DNA of 64,000 nucleotides from Octopus sinensis (lineage: Eukaryota). The notes beneath the pieces are model-generated. The model did not search any database. It was not told where the DNA came from and was given only the letters and a program-made list of their open reading frames with translations. Of the stretch, positions 41,810 to 54,478 are shown piece by piece (positions within the stretch are counted from its first letter, which is position 1; the number at the start of each line of letters is the position of its first letter). The stretch spans positions 75,950,001-76,014,000 of the forward strand of contig NC_042998.1 of NCBI RefSeq assembly GCF_006345805.1, written 5' to 3'. The translations under genes were made by a program, and so were the position numbers.

Positions 41810-44264
41810 CTGAAATGTACCAAAGATTTTTGAGAAATTAAGGCATAAAATTTTAATGAAACGTGTTTCCAAATATTGATTAAATATATTTAACAGACAG
41901 TAATATGATGAGCAATGTAGAACACAGGATGGCAAAGAAGAGATAAAAAAAAATACAAGTTACATCAGAAAAGCCAAGCGAGTATGTCTAGGATTGAGAA
42001 GATCAGTAGAGCCTGTTTACATTGTTCTGGTGATTATTTAAATTTAATATCTCCAACTGGCAGTGGAAGGAATTAAGAGCAAGTGAATATTTTCCTTCAT
42101 GCCCCTGAATAAAGGTAACCGTAACCAAGGTAAGACTCAATTGTTTTACTATTTACACATTCAACCACACAGACATTAGTGATATCAATTTTATGAGACA
42201 TGTGTGAGGTGAGCTTTTATAAAAGACTAGCAGGAACTTATATTGCAATCTCATGACTACTTTAGTTCAGAGGATTGATATTTGTTCTAAGGACAAAAGT
42301 AATCTAACCAAAGTGTATAAGTCTTTTTAGCAAAAGCAGTTTTAGTAAAGTCAAGACTTTTTTTTTTTTTGTAAAAGACAGATAAAGAAGTAAACACAGT
42401 TTTGTGATCCATATTAGTTGCATGTTAAGAAGAGTAAATGGCTCAAATTACTTGAGACAGCAAAGGAAATTGTCCTTTATCTATTTGGGATACATAATTG
42501 TATGTTATTTTCTTAAAATAATAAGGATAAATTATTTCAGTCATAGTGTTTAAAGCAGGAGAATTGTTATTGCCTAAAAATTAGGGCATTTGTTGTATCA
42601 TGGGAGATAAAAATAGATAAAACTTTTATAAGCTGGATAAATGTTGTATAGCCCCAGCTAAAGTCAGATCAAGCAGTCCTATTACAAAAGATGATCCAAC
42701 AGGTATTATCCTGTCTAATTCATACACACTGTTTCCTGTATTACATTATCTAAAGTGTCCATCCTTTTCATATGATAGCATGGCTTGATTTGGAAGAGAT
42801 TTGGCTTCATATTCCAGGTAGATTTAGTGACTATGCAAGGATCTCAATAGCTTGTATGATAAAGAGTTTAATAAGTTTGAAGTGGGATTATGAAAAAAAA
42901 ATACGAATGTTTAATAGAAGCATATGAGATTTATATAAAAACATTTTTACAAAGAAGAAAACTTTTATTTTCTTATACAAACATACTCTAATATGCTTCC
43001 ATAGATATGTAGAAAGACATAGTTGTTAACCTAGATGGACAAGGACAGACTAATTAGTCAAACTGTTTTTTTTGACTGTTGCAATTATTACAGGTTGACA
43101 TTCAAAGAAAAGGTAGGAAAAGAAAAATAATCTAGCAAATATGCAGTTATTAAAGTGAAAATAAATATTTGGTTTAAAAAGTAAATCCAAGGTTAGCACA
43201 GCAGGGATTTACTTCTTAAACCAAATATTTATTTTCACTTGGATCGTAGAGTGAGCCACTGTTCTTGAGGAGACCCATTAAATCAAGTACATTAACACCA
43301 ACATCAAAATGAAAATCAAATGGAAATTGTAAAGATACCCGTGCCGGTGACACGTTAAAAGCACCCTCTGAATGTGGCAGATGCCAGCGTCACCTGACTG
43401 GCGTCCGTGTCGGTGACACGTAGAGGCACCAACTGATCTTGGCCGTTTGCCAGCTTCCTCTGGTCCCTGTGCCAGTAGCACATAAAAAGCACTCACTACA
43501 CTCACGGAGTGATTGGCGTTAGGAAGGGAATCCAGCTGTAGAAACACTGCCGGGTGCAGTCTCCTGGCTTCCCAGACCCTGGTCAAACCATCCAACCCAT
43601 GCTAGCATGGAAAACGGACGTTAAATGATGATGATGATGAATGAAGTAAATGTTGTCAGCCTATGGGAGACATGATAGATATATTTAAATGTCTTGTGTA
43701 GAGTAGAACAAAGTTTATAGAAGCAGTGATCATTGTAGTAGTGATAAAAGTTGAGGAAAGAATTCTAGCTTCATAAAGGATTAGATGAGGTTAATCAATT
43801 ATATAGAATGTACACAAAAAGTGAAGAGAGGGGGATTATTAACCAATTGTCCAAAAAAAGTGTTCCTTCTATTTTTGCAAGAATTCTTAGAAGCTAGAGA
43901 CAAAGGATAACATTATGATCAATGCTTCTAATATTAAGGACACTTTTATAATTTTTTCCTCAAGATCATCTTCATTTAATCATGCTTTGATTGTTTTTAT
44001 CTAGTCAGGTTTCCTTACTTTATTGAAAATATTTTACTGCAATACATACAAAACTTTTGACACCTACATCATACAATTTACACTTTGAACTGTACTTGCT
44101 AAAATGGATTATCATACAGAATGAGTTAAAACACCAAAGAGTCAGCCGGTATGAAAAAGGAGTAGATTTTCGTGTTGTTTGAAAAGTGTTGATAAAGTGA
44201 GTGCTGAGTGTGAGATCTGAAATAGTCCTTATATTTCATTAAAAGAGAAAATATTAAAACTTAC

Positions 44265-44427
44265 TTGAACTTTGATTTGTTAAAGAATGTTGCACTACCC
44301 TCAGGTACTTGACCAGCTTTTAAACAGAGAAGACCTTCAAAACCAGACAAAGACAGATCTGGTAACAAATCATGCTCAAATACTTTTTTGTCCACTTCTT
44401 GAAGACAAATAAGATCAGCATTGTAAC
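44265..44427 (-). CDS. PDE12: PDE12-like coding exon
   Basis: GYNADLICLQEVDKKVFEHDLLPDLSLSGFEGLLCLKAGQVPEGSATFFNKSKF(K), with metal-binding CLQEVD; ttccttccag acceptor, AA|GTAAGT donor; 163 nt, phases match both neighbours. Confidence 0.93.
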
Positions 44428-45153
44428 CTGGAAGGAAATAATATTGCAAACTATCATAAAACTGAGAGAATTAATAAGCATTATCTTCATTCATGAAATT
44501 AAGACAATGCTATGCAAACATCTTGTAATATATAAAATGTTAGCTAATTCAAAGTAAAATATTTTTCTGTTTTGGTAACATTTCAAAGCTAGTCCGTTTA
44601 ATAGACATTAGAAAGAGAAACAAAATATAAGTGAGAAGATTGAATTTATTTTTGTTCATTTTGATATCATATTTTTTCAAGAATAATCTGCACTTTTTTC
44701 TCCAAATTTTTAAGTCTAATTATTAGGGGTGCATATTTCCCACAATAACTAAATGCTACCCATTATTTCCCAGTTAAGTGTAATCACCATATTTAGGATG
44801 ACATAACCAGCATGTATTTGTATCTATTACCTGATGTACAATGTAGAGCTTAAGAGGAATTTAATAATTTTACGTTTTTCTATCGTAATGATAATATATT
44901 AAATATATAGCACAACAGGCAGACACATCCCATGGAATTCTGCTGTCAGCCTTCAGTATGGAAGACTAAAATTTAAAATTTTCATTGTCAAAAATATTAT
45001 CTGAATTATTAAATATGAAGATTGAATTAATAAATAACCAATAAGATTAATATACAGATATTATTATGATTGAAACCTGAATATAATTTAAAAAACAAAT
45101 ACTTCTGTTCTTTAAATACTATAAACATTATAATAAACTGTCACCATATATAT

Positions 45154-45214
<61 letters not shown>

Positions 45215-45310
45215 TATATTTAAAAGCAGCAGAAATATAACAAAAGCTGTTACTCAGTGTTTTATGTTCCTGTTTGCCAGACAGTTTTGTTAAAATGGAA
45301 CAGAAATAAC

Positions 45311-45357
45311 AAAACTGTCTGACGAACAGGAACATGAAACTCTGAATAACAGCTTTT
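45311..45357 (+). ncRNA. Minimal type I hammerhead motif (right arm of an inverted pair)
   Basis: AAAACUGU-CUGACGA-ACA(GGAA)CAU-GAAAC-UCUGA-AUA-ACAGCUUUU; canonical core, stem I pairs, stem II consistent with CpG-decayed ACG-GGAA-CGU. Confidence 0.55.
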
Positions 45358-45486
45358 GTTATATTTCTGCTGCTTTTAAATAAAGCATATTATTCTATCT
45401 CTGGTATTTGAGTACTCTTTTTTCCACCTTGTTTCACATTTATGTGCTTACTCCGGTATATATATTGATATATATATATATATATA

Positions 45487-47125
45487 TACTAAGCAATAAA
45501 GGGTTTAGCAACGAATTGCCTTACCACATACCGAATTTAGAAATAGCAGTCAAAGAGTTATAGCTATTTCTTCTACTAAAAAGGGAGATCTCAGTAAAAA
45601 CAGCAATTGGAAGGCAGACACAAACAGGTAAGAGAGAATGAATTGACGGCAATCTATCATACAATTTTAAGTTATCTACGGACGTACATTTCGAAATCAA
45701 GTTTTTAGGAAAGCATAAGAATTAAATATTAAATAATTCTATCTTACCAAAAACTTCTTTTCTCTTCAGCGTAGAATACTATAATCATAAATGATTATAT
45801 ATTGAATTTTGAGATACTAGAAGGCACCAACTCAACTCAGTATCAGAGCGAGCTAGAATCCGCAACTAGTATCACCAAATTCAATGCGTGAATGAAAAGA
45901 TTGTGTCACCAGCCCCTTCCCACCCGCGTGTAGCCAAAACAAGATGCTGTGGTCATCTACTGAGATAAAATATGGTTATCCGTAATAATGAAGGGTGAAA
46001 TTAATTAATTTGGAATAATTATCAATTATACCAAGTAGTCTTCGGCATGTAAAAGCCTCATTCGAGGAAAATTTAAGTAATACTAAGCAATAAAGGGTTT
46101 AGCAACGAATTGCCTTACCACATACCGAATTTAGAAATAGCAGTCAAAGAGTTATAGCTATTCTTCTACTAAAAAGGGAGATCTCAGTAAAAACAGCAAT
46201 TGGAAGGCAGACACAAACAGGTAAGAGAGAATGAATTGACGGCAATCTATCATACAATTTTAGTTATCTACGGACGTACGTTTCGAAATCAAGTTTTTAG
46301 GAAAGCATAAGAATTAAATATTAAATAATTCTATCTTACCAAAAACTTCTTTTCTCTTCAGCGTAGAATACTATAATCATAAATGATTATATATTGAATT
46401 TTGAGATACTAGAAGGCACCAACTCAACTCAGTATCAGAGCGAGCTAGAATCCGCAACTAGTATCACCAAATTCAATGCGTGAATGAAAAGATTGTGTCA
46501 CCAGCCCCTTCCCACCCGCGTGTAGCCAAAACAAGATGCTGTGGTCATCTACTGAGATAAAATATGGTTATCCGTAATAATGAAGGGTGGGAAGGGGCTG
46601 GTGACACAATCTTTTCATTCACGCATTGAATTTGGTGATACTAGTTGCGGATTCTAGCTCGTTCTGATACTGAGTTGAGTTGGTGCCTTCTAGTATCTCA
46701 AAATTCAATATATAATCATTTATGATTATAGTATTCTACGCTGAAGAGAAAAGAAGTTTTTGGTAAGATAGAATTATTTAATATTTAATTCTTATGCTTT
46801 CCTAAAAACTTGATTTCGAAACGTACGTCCGTAGATAACTTAAAATTGTATGATAGATTGCCGTCAATTCATTCTCTCTTACCTGTTTGTGTCTGCCTTC
46901 CAATTGCTGTTTTTACTGAGATCTCCCTTTTTAGTAGAAGAAATAGCTATAACTCTTTGACTGCTATTTCTAAATTCGGTATGTGGTAAGGCAATTCGTT
47001 GCTAAACCCTTTATTGCTTAGTATTACTTAAATTTTCCTCGAATGAGGCTTTTACATGCCGAAGACTACTTGGTGTAATTGATAATTATTCCAAATTAAT
47101 TAATTTCACCCTTCATTATTACGGA

Positions 47126-47129
<4 letters not shown>
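45487..47129. mobile_element. Young non-coding Penelope-like multimer: 594-bp unit, partial second unit, then 545-bp inverted copy, in (TA)n
   Basis: tactaagcaataaaggg starts at 45487 and 46081; 46585-47129 is the reverse complement of ~45975-46517; only a handful of differences between copies. Confidence 0.75.
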
Positions 47130-47156
<27 letters not shown>

Positions 47157-47689
47157 TTCTTTTGAAAAGATGTAAGTATTTGATAATGAAAATATTTCAT
47201 CAAAAATATATCTCAAATGCTTCTAAGTATGCTTTTGTGCTGGTGAATTTTTCACTGGTTGACTTTTCACCAGATACACATTTACAACCTACAGCAGAAA
47301 AGCTCAAAGGTCATATTCAAATTTGCATATAGTTTTAAAGATAAATGAACTTCTCCAATGTCTATTAGACAGCAATCATAATAAATCTGACTATACACTT
47401 TTTTTATATGTCATGTCCTAAAGAAAAATTCAAATGAATAAATATGTTATTTCTAATTTACTCAGTAAAGCAACAATGTCAAAAAATAGATCTGATTAAT
47501 TCTATAAAGATCAATAAACTTCCATCTCCATGTAGTATTTAATAGTTGAAAGAGAATTTTTTTTTTATCAGAACAATAATAATAGAAAATTTGGCAGGAC
47601 ATCAATACAAAGGTAAAGAAGAGAGCTTACTGAAGCTTAAGATTAATTTTTATCATCAATTCCTGAATCAATAGATATATTCAGTTTAC

Positions 47690-47829
47690 CTGTGATTTCC
47701 TTTAATAGGAGTGGAGTTCTGTAATGAATATTGAGAGCATAGGCAGGGCAATAGGGATACAGTTGTTCCCTACTGAAGTCTGAATCCGAGTAAAGGTCCG
47801 CCAGGATGTTATAGGTTACCACTCGTATT
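47690..47829 (-). CDS. PDE12: PDE12-like phosphodiesterase, first coding exon visible in window (internal exon)
   Basis: Encodes IRVVTYNILADLYSDSDFSREQLYPYCPAYALNIHYRTPLLLKEIT, matching the YNILAD start of the PDE12/CCR4/Angel EEP domain; tttctcag acceptor, G|GTAAAC donor; 140 nt, phase 2 in, phase 1 out. Confidence 0.93.
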
Positions 47830-48473
47830 CTGAGAAACAGAAAGAAGAAATCAATACAGAGATTTATTTTACTGGTTTTTCTATTCATATACATTTTTCT
47901 CTCCTAACTTCAATGAGTTTAAAACATACATTAAGATAAAAGAACTGCAAAGAAATTTTGTGATTAAGAAGTTTGCTTACATAGTTTCAGATTCAGTCCC
48001 ACAACACACCAGCTTAGACAGATATCATCTACTCTAACCCCAGACCAACCAAAACCTTGAGAATGGATTTGGTAGATGGAAACTGAAAAAAACCCATCAC
48101 ATGTGTGTGTGTGTGTGTGTCTGTCTCTCTCTCCTTGTTTTGACAATGTGAAAGTTGTAAACAAGTGTCACCACACAAGTGGCATCGTTTGCTTCCAATC
48201 CTCTGTGACAATATATCAGGACTTGAGGAAATATCACCTTGCTTGGAAACAAGTGAAGTTTGGTGACAGGAAATCCATCTAGCTATAGGAAATTTGCCTC
48301 AACAGAAAATCTTCCTGACCAAAGCAAGGATGGAAAAGTAGACATTAAGATGACAATGATGATATAGCGTGGTATACACACACACATATATATTTACTGT
48401 ATCTATCTATATATATATATATGTGTGTGTGGGTGTGTAAATATCTATATCTATATATATATATATATAATAT

Positions 48474-48508
<35 letters not shown>

Positions 48509-48799
48509 TTCTTTACTACCCACAAGGGGCTAAACATAGAGGGGACAAACAAGGACAGACAAAGGGATTAAGTCAATTACATCGACCCCAGTGCGAAACA
48601 GGTACTTTATTTATCGACCCCGAAAGGATGAAAGGCAAAGTCGACCTCATATATATACACACACACATATATACATGCACATACACATGCATATATATAT
48701 ATATATATATACATGTACACATGCATATATACATGTATGTACATACATGTACATGTACACACACATACACATTTTCACTATCATATTTCCAACGCTCTT

Positions 48800-49090
48800 T
48801 GCCACATCTAGAAACATTGACTAGACAATTGGTGTGAAGATCAACAGCAAGCTAGTAACTCACCTACAGTTCGTAGATAACATCATACTCGTTACTGAAA
48901 CCACATATCAGCAACAGACCATGCAGACAGAGCTGGACACCTATCACTCTGCAGTAGCCCTTAATACGAACCACATGTAAACAAAATACATGCTGTCTGA
49001 AAACATAGCACAAGGCTGTATAGAGTTGAGAAACAATGAAATCAAGGAAATAAATGAGTATATCTATTAAGTGTACACAGTGAATATATA
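48800..49090 (+). mobile_element. RTE-clade LINE RT fragment
   Basis: [33 protein letters not shown], resembling G..INGE.LSHLRFADDIVL. Confidence 0.65.
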
Positions 49091-49659
49091 CTGGGACAAG
49101 TGGAAAGAGTTAGGTGATATGGATGAGAGAAAAGTGTTCAATGTTGAAAAGATAAGAGGGTCGGATAGGTGCACTAACATCCCTAGTTACACTGGAATCA
49201 TAGTATAAAGAAGAAGTGAGATTCACTATCATCTTTAGCTACAGTGACTGACGGTATAATACAGTCAAAGTGAAAAGAAGAGAGAGCTGATAACAGAATG
49301 AATGACAGACAGATGAGTGACAAAGAGGTCAAGGTAGATGGATGAGTGATAGGGTATAGGGGTAATGGAGAGATGCAAAGGTGATATTTCCTCAAGTCCT
49401 GATATATTGTCACAGAGGATTGGAAGCAAATGATGCCACTTGTGTGGTGACACTTGTTTACAACTTTCACAATGTCAAAACAAGGAGAGAGAGAGAGAGA
49501 CACACACACACATATGATAGGTTTTTTTCAGTTTCCTTCTACCAAATCCATTTTCAAGGTTTTGGTTGGTCTGGGGTTTGACTCTATATAGAAGAGACTA
49601 CAAAGGACTATCCACCTGTGTAGGTGTGGTGAAATGGATGCTAAAATTGGCAGTGACGA

Positions 49660-50340
49660 AATTTTAGCATCCATTTCACCACACCTACACAGGTGGACGT
49701 GTCTTCTACATTGCTTATCACCAACCAACCTAGTCCTTTGTAGTCTCCTCTTCTATGAGATGCAATAACTTCAAATCAGTCTTCACCACTTTCACTGCAT
49801 TCAAGGCATCTCCCTCTTCCACAGGTACCATTCACTTGGAGAGCACAATGCTTCTTTATACCTAATACAAATGTCCTCTGTAACATGCATCATAACCTTG
49901 TACCAGTGCAGTCTTGTATACTGTACAGTATATTTGATTCCTTTTATATTCAGGTTTTCTCTCAAGTTAAGTGTACTCCATCATTCATTACACATCCAGC
50001 AGAGCACGCTTGCTTCATTGTTTTCTAGTCTTCACAGGTTCTCTGCATTCAAAGTCCATTATCATTGCAGTTCATACACAAGCATCACATGATCTACCTC
50101 TCTGAGAGAGAAAAACCTTTGTTACTAACAAAAGTATCGTCTTCCTGGACTTTCTCCAAACAGCTCTTAATCTGGCTAGTATACTTTCAGAACACCCCTC
50201 TTCATAGTTAATTACATCATCAAAGTAACAAAAGCTATCTATTACTGATCATTTAAGATAATCTATTTCTTGTATGTCTCTTTGCATTTGCCACATAAAA
50301 AGTATGCTTTTTCCATTAGCCTTTATGTGAATCCATTGTG
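49660..50340 (-). mobile_element. RTE-clade LINE 3' fragment
   Basis: Decayed minus-strand match to ..RRLERNEASMLRWMC..LREKLNIRGI..RLHWY..V..VEG..GRG.. and the RTE-type terminus. Confidence 0.65.
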
Positions 50341-50464
50341 AATCCTTATATACATATATGGCCGATGCCAGTACCGCCCGACTGGCACCCATGCTAGTGG
50401 CACGTAAAAATATATCATTCAAGTGTAGCCGATGCCAGTGCTGCCTGTCTGACCATAAAAACCA

Positions 50465-50496
<32 letters not shown>

Positions 50497-50791
50497 ATAT
50501 ATATCATCATTTAACGTCCGCTTTCCATGCTGGCATGGGTTGGACGGTTCAACTGGGGTCTGGGAAGCCAGAAAGCTGCACCGGGCCCAGTCTGATCTGG
50601 CAGCTGGATGCCCTTACTAATGCCAACCACTCCGTGAGTGTAGTGCGTGCTTTTTACGTGCCACCGGCACAGAGGCCAGTCGGGCAGCGCTGGCTACGGC
50701 CACGTTCAGATGGTTCTCTTACGTGCCACCGGCACTGGTATCACAGCTACAAATTCTATTGATGTTGATAGATTACGATTTTGATGATATT

Positions 50792-50822
<31 letters not shown>

Positions 50823-50858
50823 CATCATCATTTAGCGTCCGTTTTCCATGCTAGCATG

Positions 50859-50897
<39 letters not shown>

Positions 50898-50924
50898 GTA
50901 TATGTATATATGTATATGTATATA

Positions 50925-50987
<63 letters not shown>

Positions 50988-51254
50988 TATATATATATAC
51001 ATACACACACACACATATATATACATGTATACACAGACACATATATATACATATATACACACACATTCACACTCACACACACAAACATATGTATAAAAAG
51101 CATCTAGTCCACACCATAACACGGTTGATGTTTGGAAAGGCACCCAGCTGTAAAAATCATGCCAAAACTAACCTCGCATGTACTAGTACCATGTGAAAAG
51201 AACTGAGTCCACTCTGTGGAGTGGTTGGTGTTAGGAAGGGCATCCAGCTGTAAA

Positions 51255-51982
51255 AGATTGACCTTGAACTCTGCTGTGCATGCACAGTAAGTTTTAATGC
51301 TCTAGCTAACTTCTGCTCTTTACAGCAGTGCTTCAAAGAAAGGTGTGTAGCATGTGATCATCACATTGACCATGACAGAGAAAGTTGTCATAGCAATACC
51401 TGTTCAGAGGCCTACACAGAGTTGCAGAAAGTGTATGGAGAGGAGTGTATGAGCCACATACAAGTGTATGAGTGGTTCAGACATCTCCAAGATAACCAAA
51501 AAAATGTTGATGTTGACAAACGTTCTGGGAGACCCACAATGAACAGAACTGAGAAAAACATCGCAGATGTGCATGCAGCTGAGGGAAAATCATCAAATCA
51601 CCATCCATGAGTTATTAGAGGAAGTGCAGTTGAGTTACAGTTCAGTTCAGTCCATTATCACTGAAGATTTGGGTATGAGATGCATGTCTGCCAAGTTTGT
51701 GCCAAAACTGCTTTCAGCTGACCAAAAAGACACTTGGATTTCAGGTCCTTCATTGTGTTGAAAAACAAAGAAGACTTCTTGAAAACTTTGCATAGGCCTC
51801 TAAGCAGGTATCACCAAGGTTTAGCAAAATTTGATGCAGATTCCCTATTCAACTTCCTCTGTTAAGGTTAATATGATGATCACATGCTACACACCTTCCT
51901 TTCAAGAATTGCTGTAATCAGCAGAAGTGAGCTAGCATGTTAAAACTTAGAGTGCATGCACAGCAGAGTTCAAAGTCAATCT
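51255..51982 (+). mobile_element. Mariner-derived fold-back element with N-terminal transposase remnant
   Basis: LQKVYGEECMSHIQVYEWF, DKRSGRP, ITIHELLEEV, SIITEDLGMRCMSAKFVPKLLS (HTH region); 51255-51430 inverted at 51773-51982. Confidence 0.8.
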
Positions 51983-52050
51983 GTGCCAAGCATCTTTACT
52001 CTCTGTTCTTCATTACTATGGCAACAGTCTGGATATGTATTGATCAGACC

Positions 52051-52099
<49 letters not shown>

Positions 52100-54163
52100 C
52101 ACACACACACACAAACATAAACATAAACACACATACACACACACAACACAGATATATATAATGTATATCTACATAATAGAAATACATGCCAACAACATAC
52201 ATAGTGAGAGTAGTCCCAGATTGTGATTGTATTCACAACAATAGTCACCATGAAAATAAATCAATTTGTATTTCAAAGAAACAGTGACTAGATCAGAGGA
52301 TGAGAGTAAGGAAAGAGAATTATGCATGTATACATTTCAAATTCAGTATAAGATTAGAATTACAATCTCTTTTAATAAAAAGCTGCCTATAAGTGATTTC
52401 AGGAGTAGTAAACCACAGAAATATTAAAACCACATATATAATAAAGCAGAGAAGTTAGATTTATCTGTCTAGCCATGTTGTCTATGTTAGTTCCTGTGTA
52501 TAAACCTTTCTTTGATATTAAATATTTTAAGTAGCACACCAGGCAAAATGTTTCATTTCTTCCATCTTCACATTCTGAGTTCAAACTCCACTGAGGTCAA
52601 CTTTGCTTTCATCCTTTTGGAGTCAATAAAATAAGTAGCAGTTGAGCACAGGGGTCAACGTAATTGACTTAACCCCATACCTTGAACTTACTGGCCTTGT
52701 GCTAAAATTTGAAACCAATATTAAATATTTTAAGACATGAACTTCCAGGAAATTTTTCAATATCCCAAGAAATCAGGATTACTCATGCAGATAATCTATG
52801 ATTGCTACTGGTTCAAATAAACTATATCTTATATTCACACATCAGCTTATCTGTTACAGATAAACCCTTTAGTATTTAAACTAGCCACAACTGGCCTAAA
52901 TACTCCACCTGATTTGTTATCAAACTGGCCAGATTCAGCCTCTCACACTGTCACTCTAAATATAAGCAATCACATCAGTGAAATCTCAAAAGCGATGAGA
53001 TAATGCATGATTAATTCTGCTTTGTATGAATAAATGAGAATTATTTTCACACAGTAATCTGAATGCTAAAGGGTCGAACACACCTATATTCCTGAGCTTT
53101 ACCATGTAGACTGTGAGGATAGCCACTCAGTGTAAACCTCAGCCAATACATTTAGAGATATCTTAAAGATTAGGTAATCACCTACAGCCTTCCCCTCATA
53201 ACTTCCTTTATACTCATGCAAGTGCCAGTGGACTTATCTGACAATGAATGAATCCATAAACTCTATAGTAGCTCCTATCAGAACAACCATGAATTAACCC
53301 CACAGACTTCCTAACAATTCTCTATGATTTTCCCATTTCACTTGTTTTTTTTTTAACTTGATTTCAATTTATAAATTTTAAGGAATTTTACTGCACCCAA
53401 TTTTCACTTACATATTTGAGAACGTTAAACATTACAACTTGAATCGCCCCACTACCATCAAATACAGAAGCAAGAATGCAAACGAAGTTCCTACATGAAT
53501 GCATGTGTGGATTTCTAAGCAACAGACTAAGTAAGGCCATGGAAGAAAAAGTAATATTAATACATATGTTAGTATATGTACACTTATTGGAGCTTAGTAG
53601 AAATTTGTTAAGTGACACAGTAGAAATACAGTTAATTTATAGACAGTCAGTTCTGGGACACCCCGTATATAAACCCAATCAGATTACAGTTCATGAACAT
53701 GTTCATGAGTATGACTGTGCATGTGAGTGTACCATGAGGCAGAGTGCATCCAAGAGGATGAAGATAAGAGAGTATGCATGAAAATACAAGTAAGCAGCAG
53801 TGTATTCCATTATGAACACATCTACATCAATCCATTACCTGCCATTCATCAATTATTCACACATTTACTATTATTCATTTCCATTATTCACTCATTTGTC
53901 TACTAATGCAATCAACCACAGCTGTACATGTAGGTGAGCACGTGCTTTGTGCATATAATAGCACTCAAATACAATGTAGACATTGCAGACAAACACTACA
54001 ATGAGTATATGCATGAAAAAAACACACTGAATATATTTGCTTGCACATTGTGCATGTGCTAAATGACTTCTTTAAGCCACACTATCTTTGTCTCCTACTT
54101 TCAATATTATTGATTACACACAACCACACACACACACACATATATACATATACATACAAAGAT

Positions 54164-54194
<31 letters not shown>

Positions 54195-54478
54195 CTGTTG
54201 TGTCTGGGGAGAGTCATTCTCTTTTAGTACCTTATTATTTAACACACTCACCGGTAAAATTTCCACTTATTTTGTCTTTTTATTTTCCTAAAATTTTCGT
54301 TGCATCTTGCAACCTTTTCAATAATCTTGACTATTGAAATAGTCAAGATTATTGAAAAGGTTGCAAGACACAACGAAAATTTTAGGAAAATAAAAAGACA
54401 AAATAAGTGGAAATTTTACCGGTGAGTGTGTTAAATAATAAGGTACTAAAAGAGAATGACTCTCCCCAGACACAACAG
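54195..54478. repeat. Near-perfect palindrome, 141-bp arms, 2-nt spacer
   Basis: ctgttgtgtctgggg...gactatt / aatagtc...ccccagacacaacag; 2 mismatches. Confidence 0.92.

Noticed and set aside
53412-53540. Candidate upstream PDE12 exon (MALLSLLL..DGSGAIQVVMFNVLKY with GTAAGT donor)
   Set aside because: The open frame ends in phase 0 while the next exon needs phase 2; the phase-2 frame has a stop; no PDE12 similarity.
43153-54478. General rule that hairpin mismatches favour G.U pairs on the PDE12 sense strand
   Set aside because: True for the 43.2-kb and 54.3-kb hairpins, but the substitutions I checked in the 545-bp hairpin favour the opposite strand.
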